64,000 bases of DNA, from contig JAOAHZ010000010.1 of the NCBI GenBank assembly GCA_026414975.1, positions 17,959 to 81,958 of the forward strand, given 5' to 3'. Positions 18,962 through 28,200 of the stretch are shown here, one piece after another (positions within the stretch are counted from its first letter, which is position 1; each line of letters starts with the position of its first letter). The stretch is from Bacteroidia bacterium (GTDB lineage: Bacteria > Bacteroidota > Bacteroidia > SpSt-205). The position numbers were made by a program, and so were the translations under genes. The notes under the pieces are model-generated. The model was not told the DNA's origin. It made no database searches and worked only from the letters and a program-made list of their open reading frames with translations.

Positions 18962-19972
18962 TCATAACGAAGCTAAAGTCCAAGCCAAGCTGGCGATAAG
19001 TACCGCTGCACGACGGAGACGATTAAAGTCTATCTTCTCTGCATCATCTCCTGTCCCGTGATAATCCTCATGTAGCCCGCCGAAGTAGAAAACCACGGGC
19101 ACCCCATGTTTGGCAAACGCATAATGATCGCTGCGATAAAAAAGCCGAAGCGGATCCTTAGGATCATCATACCGGTAGTCAAATCGCCAGCCGCAGCAGA
19201 AAAGATTGACAGAATCTTGGAGAGCCCTCAGGCGAGGCGAAGCTCGCTCACTCCCAATAGCGTAGAGATAAAGGTCGTCTTTGGCATGGAGAGTATCGGT
19301 GCGTCCGAGCATGTCCGCGTTTATGACCGCTACGATAGAATCCAGTTTCACCAGGGAATCGCGTACAAATCGCATGGCCCCTAAGAGTCCTTTTTCTTCA
19401 GCGGCTGTATGAAAAAATACAATGGTGCGTTTAGGAGGAGGAAGGTAGTGAAGCAACCGAGCCGCTTCGAGCAGCACGGCTGTGCCTGAGCCATTGTCGT
19501 CTGCGCCATTGTATACCGCTCCTGTACTGGTCGTGCCAATGTGATCGTAATGAGCCGATAAGATGACATATTCTCCTGGGGCTGAAACACCCCGTCTGCA
19601 GGCTAAGACATTCCATGCATAGGGTGTATCTACGATGGAGACAAGAGCCTTTTTCCCTTGCTTAACCTTGGGCTCTTTACGCTTGGGAGCCAAAGGAAAG
19701 CTGTGGATGTACCCATGAGACAATAAGGGCTCGCTTCCAAAGCGGCGATGTTGAGCGATTAGATAAGCGGCGGCGACCTTTTCGTCGGGCGTGCCAGCTT
19801 CACGCCCGCGCAAAGCATCACTGGCTAAAAACTCCACATGCGCCCGAAGCTCTGCCTCTGACACAGCCGAACGAATCCGAGCGAGATAAAGAGTATCTAT
19901 CGCTCCGACTGGCAACCGATCTAACAGGAGCTTTTGAGCCGGAAGCAAAGCTATGAGGAAAAGTAGTCTCAC
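18962..19972 (-). CDS. M28 family peptidase
   Basis: HYDH, GADDNGSG and AAEEKGLLG metal-ligand motifs, with a signal peptide. Confidence 0.75.
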   Translation of the reverse strand: MRLLFLIALLPAQKLLLDRLPVGAIDTLYLARIRSAVSEAELRAHVEFLASDALRGREAGTPDEKVAAAYLIAQHRRFGSEPLLSHGYIHSFPLAPKRKEPKVKQGKKALVSIVDTPYAWNVLACRRGVSAPGEYVILSAHYDHIGTTSTGAVYNGADDNGSGTAVLLEAARLLHYLPPPKRTIVFFHTAAEEKGLLGAMRFVRDSLVKLDSIVAVINADMLGRTDTLHAKDDLYLYAIGSERASPRLRALQDSVNLFCCGWRFDYRYDDPKDPLRLFYRSDHYAFAKHGVPVVFYFGGLHEDYHGTGDDAEKIDFNRLRRAAVLIASLAWTLASL

Positions 19973-20400
19973 ACGCTATGGGGATTAATCCGACTGACTC
20001 GCTTTTGATGCCGCCCCCCTTCAAAGGGGGTTTGAATGAAGGCCTCCACCGCTCGTTCAGCCTCCTCAGGGCTCAGAAAACGACCCGGTAGGCAAAGTAT
20101 ATTCGCATCGTTATGAGCCCGAGCTAAGCGCGCTATCTCAGCATTCCAAGCTAAAGCCGCTCTTACCTGCGGATACCGATTGGCTGTCATACAGACACCG
20201 TTGCCAGTCCCACAGATAAGGATAGCCTTCTCATCAGGTGGAAACGCTTCCATCAGCCGATGGACCCACATAGGATAATCGGTACTATCCTCCGAGTGAG
20301 TCCCTATATCCACTACCTCGTACCCTCTGCGTAATAGGTGAGCTTTGAGGTGAGCCTTGAGGGCGAAGCCAGCGTGATCGCTTGCCATCCAGATGCGCAT
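19969..20400 (-). CDS. rpiB: ribose-5-phosphate isomerase B
   Basis: 143 aa. Contains SDHAGFALK and CGTGNGVCMTANR. Confidence 0.85.
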   Translation of the reverse strand: MRIWMASDHAGFALKAHLKAHLLRRGYEVVDIGTHSEDSTDYPMWVHRLMEAFPPDEKAILICGTGNGVCMTANRYPQVRAALAWNAEIARLARAHNDANILCLPGRFLSPEEAERAVEAFIQTPFEGGRHQKRVSRINPHSV

Positions 20401-20413
20401 ACCTCAAAGGTCG

Positions 20414-20421
20414 TATTTTTG
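20414..20421 (+). promoter_or_regulatory. -7 box TATTTTTG, 3 nt before the fabH ATG (20425)
   Basis: Read directly. Confidence 0.55.
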
Positions 20422-20424
20422 AAC

Positions 20425-21411
20425 ATGCCGAACGCCTATATCTCGGGACTTGGCATGTATGTACCTCCCAAGGTTGTTTGCAACGATGATCTCAGAGCGT
20501 GGTACGACACCAGCGATGAGTGGATATATACTCGTTCAGGCATCAAAGAGCGTCGTTGGGTGGAGGAGCCAGCCAGCACCGCTGATTTAGGGTATCAGGC
20601 TGCTCAAGAGGCGCTCCGCCGCGCAGGCAAAACGCCTTCAGACATAGACCTCATCATCTTCGCCACACTCAGTCCGGACCTTTATTTTCCTGGCTCAGGG
20701 GTGCTCCTTCAGCATAAGCTCGGATTAGAAACTACACCAGCTTTGGATATTCGTCAGCAGTGCTCAGGGTTTGTCTATGGGCTCAGCATAGCTTCTCAGT
20801 TCATCCAAACAGGCATGTATAAGTGTATTTTGTTGGTCGGAGCGGAGATTCAGTCTACCTGGATAGACTACAATCCCGAGGGGCGTACAGTGGGTGTGCT
20901 CTTTGGGGATGGAGCAGGCGCCGCTTTGATTGAAGCGACAGAAGACTCTTCTCGGGGCATTCTTTCCTCTCACCTATACAGTCAAGGAGCCTATGCCATG
21001 GAGCTCTGCATAGCAGAACCCTCCTCAGCAACCCGAAGCCATAAACTACCTGGAAGCTACGGTATGAGACCTTACATGAATGGGAAGGAAGTCTTTCGCC
21101 ATGCTGTACAACGCATGGGAGAAGCTATAGAGACCGCCCTATCCGCTCAGGGCTGGAGGCCGCAAGATGTAAATCTTTTCATCTTGCACCAAGCTAATAT
21201 TCGCATCATCCAAGCTGTAGCCGACTTCTTTGGCTTACCCATGGAGCGATTCTACAATAACATCCATAAATACGGCAATACTACGGCTGCAAGCATCCCT
21301 ATCTGCCTATACGAGGCCGAAATGGAGGGCTACCTCAAAGCAGGCGATAAAGTGATCTTAACTGCATTCGGCTCCGGCTTCACTTGGGGGAGCGTGGCGA
21401 TGATATGGTAA
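20425..21411 (+). CDS. fabH: beta-ketoacyl-ACP synthase III
   Basis: Contains QCSGFVYGL (active Cys), HQAN and GNTTAASIP. The start MPNAYISGLG lies 3 nt after TATTTTTG. The track's 5' extension overlaps rpiB. Confidence 0.85.
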   Translation: MPNAYISGLGMYVPPKVVCNDDLRAWYDTSDEWIYTRSGIKERRWVEEPASTADLGYQAAQEALRRAGKTPSDIDLIIFATLSPDLYFPGSGVLLQHKLGLETTPALDIRQQCSGFVYGLSIASQFIQTGMYKCILLVGAEIQSTWIDYNPEGRTVGVLFGDGAGAALIEATEDSSRGILSSHLYSQGAYAMELCIAEPSSATRSHKLPGSYGMRPYMNGKEVFRHAVQRMGEAIETALSAQGWRPQDVNLFILHQANIRIIQAVADFFGLPMERFYNNIHKYGNTTAASIPICLYEAEMEGYLKAGDKVILTAFGSGFTWGSVAMIW

Positions 21412-22277
21412 AAGTCTGGCTGCAAATCCAAGGACAGCGATGGATAGATAGCTTGGTCTTGTGGATCAATGGGGCTTTCTGGTTGCCCCGCAGGTGGTAC
21501 TATACCTATCTGTACGGTAGCAAGGAGAAAGCTTGGTACAAGCTCATGGAAGAGCCCCATAAACACTGGACTATGTGGCCATTTCGCCTGTCTGAACGAC
21601 GATACCGCTACCAGAAAGGGCCCTTTGTGGATGGAACAGGTCTTATATGGTTTGTGGCCCGAGAACAGGGAGATACCTTTCCTCACCACTGGCTGAGCTG
21701 TCTTCAATCAAGCAAGGTGGGTTTAGACATTGGAGCTCATCGCGGTTACTGGACTCTTTACCATGCCTCCTATTTAGCTCCAGATTCCGAGGTCCTTCTC
21801 TTAGAGGCTGATTATACGAACTATCGCTATCTTTTGAGTAATATAGCCTCAAATCGCCTCCCCGTACGCTTCTACCCTCTCTATGGAGCAGCATGACGCT
21901 TCCCCACCCGACTGAAGTTAGAGTCATCTAAGGGGCCTCATGGATCATTTGAGCACAGAGTCAAGGAAGCCTCCTCAGGAGAAACGACAGCTACGTCTAT
22001 TGATAAGTTAGCCGAGACTCTCGCTCTGCAAAGGGTGGACTGGATAAAAATAGATGTAGAAGGAGCAGAGGTCGCAGTGCTGGAAGGAGCTCAAGAGGTT
22101 TTGAGACGATTCAAACCAACGATTTGGATGGAACTCCACGATACATGGGCAGAAGTGGAGACTTTCCTGACTCAGCACGGCTATACCATCTGCGAAAAGA
22201 TAGAGAAAAACAGCCAAGGTCTCTATAGGCGCACTGGCTACTTATGGGCTGAACCTGTGGCAGCAGGCAAAATCTGA
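21405..22277 (+). pseudogene. FkbM-family SAM methyltransferase interrupted by one in-frame TGA (21894-21896)
   Basis: Track ORFs 21384..21896 and 22035..22277 are in the same frame. I read the 138 nt between them with no further stop (RFPTRLKLESSKGPHGSFEHRVKEASSGETTATSIDKLAETLALQR). The N-part has DIGAHRGYWT and the C-part has WIKIDVEGAE, which are FkbM hallmarks. Confidence 0.65.
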
Positions 22278-22492
22278 AGAGGCAAGCGCGAGCAATCCAT
22301 CTCTATGGACTCGGTCTGACCCCGGCACTTGGATTAGTCTGAGTTTTCCCCAAAACGATAAATCCCCACCATCCCAATCGTTTCTCACGGGAGACCAACC
22401 TACTGAACCCATGCAAGGGACACTTCCCACGAACCTCATTAGCTTCTAATCACAGCTTTTTTGTTTCTTTGGTCTAAATCCAAACTGCGCTT

Positions 22493-23941
22493 ATGCTTAC
22501 TCAAGACGATGTACTGACCCGACACCTTACGAAGGAATACGAGTGGGGATTTGAAGTCTCCATAGACGAAGAGTTAGCTCCTAAGGGCCTCAACGAAGCT
22601 ACCATAGAGTTTATCTGGGCCAAGAAGAAGGAGCCCCCCTTCATGCTGGACTTTCGAATGCGAGCCTTCAGGGCTTGGAAAGAGATGAAAGAACCTCACT
22701 GGCTCAACGCCCACTACGACCCGATTAACTATCAGGATGCTTATTACTATGCCGCCCCTAAGGGATTCTCCGAGAACCGGCCCAAGTCGTTAGATGAAGT
22801 TGATCCCGAAATCCGGCGCATGTTTGACCGATTGGGCATACCCCTCCATGAACAGGAGATATTAGCTGGCGTAGCTGTGGATGCCGTACTGGATAGCGTA
22901 TCGGTCGCCACTACCTACAAAGAGCGGCTCGCTCAAATGGGTATTATCTTCTGCTCCATCAGCGAAGCCATGGAAAACTACCCCGACCTCATCAAGAAAT
23001 ACCTCGGCACCGTCGTTCCCTACAACGATAATTTCTTCGCTGCTCTTAATTCAGCGGTGTTCAGCGATGGCAGCTTTGTGTATGTTCCAAAAGGGGTACG
23101 ATGCCCCATAGAACTTTCCACCTATTTCCGCATAAACGCAAAGAAGACAGGTCAGTTTGAGCGCACGCTGATTATTGCGGATGAGGGGGCTTACGTAAGC
23201 TATTTAGAAGGTTGTACGGCGCCTAAGCGTTCTGAACACCAGCTTCATGCAGCCGTCGTTGAACTGATTGCCCTGCGTGGCAGCTACATCAAGTATTCTA
23301 CCGTGCAGAACTGGTATCCAGGCGATAAGGAAGGACGAGGAGGCGTCTATAACTTTGTAACCAAGCGGGGCATCGCTCACGAAAACGCCAAAATTTCTTG
23401 GACCCAAGTCGAGACAGGCTCAGCTATTACATGGAAATATCCCAGCGTTATTCTCAAGGGAGATAATGCCGTGGGTGAATTCTACTCAGTGGCCGTAACT
23501 AATAACTATCAGCAGGCTGACACGGGAACCAAGATGATACACATTGGCCAAAACACCCGAAGCCGCATCGTATCCAAAGGTATATCCGCTGGGAAGAGTA
23601 ACAACACCTATCGAGGACTCGTCCAGATCATGCCGGGAGCTGAAAATGCCCGCAACTTCTCTCAGTGCGATTCTCTCCTGATAGGGAATAGCTGTGGTGC
23701 TCATACCTTCCCTTACGTAGAAGTACGCAACCCTTCAGCCATCGTAGAACACGAAGCTACGACTTCAAAGATCGGCGAAGACATCCTGTTTTACTGCAAT
23801 CAGCGAGGCATCCCCACTCAAGAAGCGGTAGAGTTGATCATTAATGGATATTGCCAGGAGGTCCTGGCCCATCTACCGCTGGAATTTGCTGTAGAAGCGC
23901 GCAAACTGTTAGCTATCAGTTTAGAAGGAAGCGTAGGTTAG
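22493..23941 (+). CDS. sufB: Fe-S cluster assembly protein SufB
   Basis: 482 aa. The text-book SufB sequence includes [22 protein letters not shown] and [15 protein letters not shown]. Confidence 0.9.
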   Translation: MLTQDDVLTRHLTKEYEWGFEVSIDEELAPKGLNEATIEFIWAKKKEPPFMLDFRMRAFRAWKEMKEPHWLNAHYDPINYQDAYYYAAPKGFSENRPKSLDEVDPEIRRMFDRLGIPLHEQEILAGVAVDAVLDSVSVATTYKERLAQMGIIFCSISEAMENYPDLIKKYLGTVVPYNDNFFAALNSAVFSDGSFVYVPKGVRCPIELSTYFRINAKKTGQFERTLIIADEGAYVSYLEGCTAPKRSEHQLHAAVVELIALRGSYIKYSTVQNWYPGDKEGRGGVYNFVTKRGIAHENAKISWTQVETGSAITWKYPSVILKGDNAVGEFYSVAVTNNYQQADTGTKMIHIGQNTRSRIVSKGISAGKSNNTYRGLVQIMPGAENARNFSQCDSLLIGNSCGAHTFPYVEVRNPSAIVEHEATTSKIGEDILFYCNQRGIPTQEAVELIINGYCQEVLAHLPLEFAVEARKLLAISLEGSVG

Positions 23942-24013
23942 GAGGATATAGGCGATAAAGCCCAAGAGCGCTCCAACTACTTTGAGCGTAGCCCAGCGAT
24001 TGTATTGACGAGG

Positions 24014-24054
24014 TGGGGTGGGCGCCAGCGCCGAAGGCGCTGGCGCCCACCCCA
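24014..24054. terminator. perfect GC-rich inverted repeat (18-19 bp stem, GAA loop); candidate bidirectional terminator between convergent sufB and the exonuclease gene
   Basis: GGGGTGGGCGCCAGCGCC-GAA-GGCGCTGGCGCCCACCCC read directly at 24015-24053, with T14/A54 extending the stem. There is no T-tract on either side. Confidence 0.5.
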
Positions 24055-24187
24055 TAGCAAACCCCTCAGGAGCAATCCTATTCCCCTTCCGCTGAGTAGG
24101 TTCGCCCTAACCCAAAAACCTAAGAAACCCTTGAAAACTCTCAGCAGCCAAGCCTTTGATCTATCCACAGAAGGGCTCTCTCCTGCT

Positions 24188-25222
24188 CTACTTTGACCCC
24201 CTATCTTCTGCTAGACCCATCTCAGCGCGTTCCGCCTCTTCCGAAGCCCCTTCCTCTCCCCTATACGCTGTCTCCCAGAAGTAAGCATTGTATCCATAAA
24301 ACCGAGCCAAGCGAGTCATCGTGGCGGTGTAGCCATGTGTAAATACTACTTCCTCCGCTCCCGTTTCTTTCAGCGTCTCCAAGATTTGGTAAAAATCTGC
24401 ATGATCCGATAGAGGAAAACCGCGATCCAAAGCCTTTTGCCTCTTGCGTCCGCGTATAGCCATCCACCCTGAAGCCTGAGCCTCTTCATAGGGTTCAAAG
24501 CGAGTTAGCCAGCGACTCTTCTGCGCGGCAGGTGGCGCAATAAGCAAAATACCTTTCTCTTTCTTCCACTCCGCGGCAGGTTTCCAAGCGGCAAGGCGGA
24601 TCCCCGCCTTTTCATATAAGCGATTAATCGGCACAAGGCTTCCATGCACATATATAGGGCTAACTGGGGGTAGAGAAGCGAGTAGCCTCTGAGCTTTACC
24701 CAGCGAGTAAGCGTAGAGAATAGCATTTTTACCTTCACTTCGGCAGGCTTGCCACCAAGCTATAATCTCCTCTATAACAGCAGCTGGCGAAGCCCACTGG
24801 TAAATAGGTAGTCCAAATGTACATTCTGATATCAACCCGTGAGCCCTAAGCGGCTCAAAGGTGAGGGTGGTAGGGTCAGGATGGCGCTTATAATCGCCTG
24901 TAATGACCCATACTTCCCCTCGCCATTCTAAGCGTATTTGAGCCGCTCCTCGGATATGACCCGCTGGATGAAAACTGACCTTTACGCCTCCAATAGAGCG
25001 TGTTTCGCCCCAGGGCAGTCCTTCTACCCGTACATCCCCAAGCCTGTGCCGAAGGAGAGGAACGTTTTCTTCCACCGTAAGGTAGGCTTGACTACCGAAG
25101 CGCGCATGATCGCTATGAGAATGCGTGATAAGGGCATATTCCACAGGGCGCCACGGATCAATGTAAAAGCCCCCCGGCTCGCAATACAAGCCCTGAGGTG
25201 TAGGATACAGCCAGCGCTTCAT
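24188..25222 (-). CDS. ligase-associated DNA damage response exonuclease (MBL/beta-CASP fold)
   Basis: GLYCEPGGFYIDPWRPVEYALITHSHSDHARFGS...HPAGHIRGAAQIRLE...ECTFGLPIYQW matches the ligase-associated exonuclease family pattern as I recall it. Confidence 0.7.
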   Translation of the reverse strand: MKRWLYPTPQGLYCEPGGFYIDPWRPVEYALITHSHSDHARFGSQAYLTVEENVPLLRHRLGDVRVEGLPWGETRSIGGVKVSFHPAGHIRGAAQIRLEWRGEVWVITGDYKRHPDPTTLTFEPLRAHGLISECTFGLPIYQWASPAAVIEEIIAWWQACRSEGKNAILYAYSLGKAQRLLASLPPVSPIYVHGSLVPINRLYEKAGIRLAAWKPAAEWKKEKGILLIAPPAAQKSRWLTRFEPYEEAQASGWMAIRGRKRQKALDRGFPLSDHADFYQILETLKETGAEEVVFTHGYTATMTRLARFYGYNAYFWETAYRGEEGASEEAERAEMGLAEDRGSK

Positions 25223-25228
25223 GAAGGT

Positions 25229-28200
25229 TTAGTTTGTGAGAGAGAAACGAAATTGCACCCCTGCCGCTGTGAAAGAAGTGGGAAAGGCATTGGATAAAAC
25301 AGGGCGATTGCGAGTATGTTCTATATATGCACGCACGGTTAGCTGAGTGCTGATGCTGTAATCGATAGCAGGCTTGATTGTAAAAGAACGGGTTCCGCCA
25401 ATAGGCTGCACAAAAGCTGCGTTATCTAACTGGCGATTTTGATTGACTAAGCTACGATAGGTAATCTCTAAGCGAAAAGTGGCGCTATTGCGCAGCTCAA
25501 AAGTCCGACCAAAGAGAGAAAAAGGCTGCATGAGGCTCTCCCGTCGCCAGTTCCAAGTAAAGCTGAATTCAGTTGTCCGATTCTGATTGAGTTGGAGCGC
25601 GCCGATATTGAGCGTTGTGGTACGAGTGCGACGCAGTTCTACGGTTGTATTCATGCCATTTTTCCAAGCCAGATTGAGACCTGCTAAGGGAGAGAAACTT
25701 TCCTGTATGCTGAGAGCACTTATTACGAATACAGGCTCAAAGTTATACACGGTTAGCCCGGGCAGGGTATCCAGAAAGCTTTGAATGGGCTGTATTGTTT
25801 CAGATAACCCGTCGCCATTCTGGTCAAGAGCTCGCAGATTGAGCACATAGTTAGCTGTGTAAGTAGAACGGTAGGCGTGGTTGAGCGCAATTGTGCGAAA
25901 CCGCTCCTTGAAGAAGGGAATCTGATTCAGACCAGTGTAGTTGATATTCCAGTTAGGGAGAGGCACCCGAGGGAAAGGCGAAAGGGGCATACGATTGGGA
26001 TTGTAGGGACCGTATGCACTGAGGAAGGCGAGCGTGAGTACGTCCTGCTGGGAACCCGTATAACCATTCCAATAATCACGACGAGTCGGGACTGCATTAG
26101 GACCCAAAGCCAATTCGTAGAAGGGGTTAGCCACACGGAGACGCGTGGAAAAAATGTAACGATACTCGTTCTCTAATCGCTCGTAGGAACGGTCGCGTTG
26201 CCCTAACGACAGGAGATTGGCCCCCAGAAAGCTCATACTGAAGTTGCCTTGAGCGCTGGGATTGCTAAAAGCAAAGTCCTGCTGAAGGCTATCCCAGCCA
26301 AAGAGCCCCCCTCGGCTGAAAGTCTCATTACGGGTAAGCGTCAGATCAATCCGAAGGTCGCGGAGAGGTACAATATTGGCTCGGATATTGAGCTGAGTAC
26401 TTTGGGTCTGTTGAAAGGGTAATGTAAAGCGAGGGTCCCTGGAGAACCATCCGCGCCGGGCGTTCTCTCGTAGCCAGCCTCCTTGCAAGTCAGGCTGTTC
26501 TCCTAAAATAAAGCCCCATCCCGGAGCTTGGCTTCGCTGCCCCGTAAGCGTATCCCGGTAATCCCAATCTAAACCAAAGTTGGCGGGACGTGGGACAAAC
26601 CCCGGCAGATTCGTGCCTTGCTGGCGACTGTAGGTAACATCTACGCTCTGAATGCCAAAGATCACCTTCCCTATCGCTCGTCCTATTTGCCGTACAGCTA
26701 TATAAGGGTCATCCCCTTGCTTCCTTGAAGTGTCCGCTTGCGAGAAGATATTGCGTTTTGGAGGGGGTGTGAGCAGCTTGTCTATGAACTTTACCTTCTT
26801 GTATAGACTGGAGAGCTGAAACTGCCCTGTTAGCTGTATATTTCGTCCGTTCGAGACAGTATTCCCAAAGCGTTCCTGTCCCAGCGCAGCGGTCATCCAA
26901 CGATAATCAGCGGTGTAGTTTACGCTGGTGTTGATCCAGTCGGTCCATTTGATTTTACTCAAAGGCAGGCGATAGGTAACGACTACATTTTGCTGGAAGT
27001 TTAGAGTGCGTCCGAAGTTTATGCGCTGGAAGCGCCCCCGAGCTGGGTCCTTGCCGAAGCTGAGCACATTTGCCCATAGACTATCCCGTTTCTCTGGTGT
27101 ATTGATAGGGCCCTCAGGCTCGTCTACTCGAGCTTGCACCGTGGCGTTGTAGTTCAGACTTAGACTGGGGGTCAAACTCCACTGAAGGATATACTGACGG
27201 TTGATAAGGAAGTTCTGATAAAAGGTAGGTCGAACCTCGGGTCCGCCCCCGATAGGACGCAGCTTCTGCTCCTGGTACTGACGATTGCCTTCTACGCGCC
27301 AGCCCACTTGATTAGGTAGATAATTCAAGCTAAAGTCTTTCAGGATAGCTGGTTTGAGCTTACTGAAGGGCTTCAGGGGCTTGATTTGGAAGTTGTAGTT
27401 ATAAGCGACACTGCCGGTGTATTGCCGATTGAAGGCGTATTCTATCTGAGGGCTACGGGTGTAGGTTTCATTGTACCCGTAGCTTAGCGTGAAATTCTGG
27501 GGGTGCCAGAACCGCTTTTTAGCTTGAGGGTTGACATAAATCTTTCTCACGCCGGCGAAAGTGTAGCTATAGGTACGAGAGTAGGAGGTCAGGATACGCT
27601 CCAAACTATCCCGGCGTGAAGGGGTAGCTTGAGCTTCTAAACGAGTCCGCGTAAGAACATCTGGGTCATAGGGACTGTAGAGCGGACGCATAAAGCTCTC
27701 TCCATAAGTAAAGAAAGCGGGTATCTCCAATCCAGCCTTTTTAGGTAACAAGCGATGTAGCTGAAGCCCTCCTGTTACGGTATAGCGCTGAAGCCACTCC
27801 GTGGAGCGCTGCCCTACCTTCTGCTCTATAGACCCGAACCAGGGGGTACTCATGCTTCCAGATAGAGAGACATTGCCGAGGTCAGCCAACCGAAGATTAA
27901 GCATGCCTGAGGCGCTCCACCCCGACCGGGTATTATAGTTGGTGACTCGCAGCTCATTAATCCATACTTCCACACAGATAGGCCCCCTGCCATCATCTGG
28001 GTTTCGTACGCCTACCAAGATGGTTTTCACGTTATTGAGCTGAGGGGTTCCCTTGACCGAAATCCGATTGCCATTGGGAAGGGTGTAAGTGAAGACTTGA
28101 GTCAAGGGAAAGCCGCGCTGCTGTCGGGCTTCATCGCGCAAAACTTTCACGAAGTTTAGGTCTTCTAAGCGGAGGTCTATGTTATTAGCCCATATGTTCT

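Noticed and set aside
21894-21896. In-frame TGA as selenocysteine, or as Trp under genetic code 4
   Set aside because: TGA clearly terminates well-defined genes in this window, for example asnS at 9950-9952, the phosphatase at 41449-41451 and the STAS gene at 46988-46990. FkbM methyltransferases are not selenoproteins, and I see no obvious SECIS-like stem immediately downstream.
23977-24196. Two 63-aa ORFs (Arg/Trp/Pro-rich) spanning the GC hairpin
   Set aside because: They are translations of a palindrome and give the same low-complexity peptide on both strands. There is no promoter box or coding signal.
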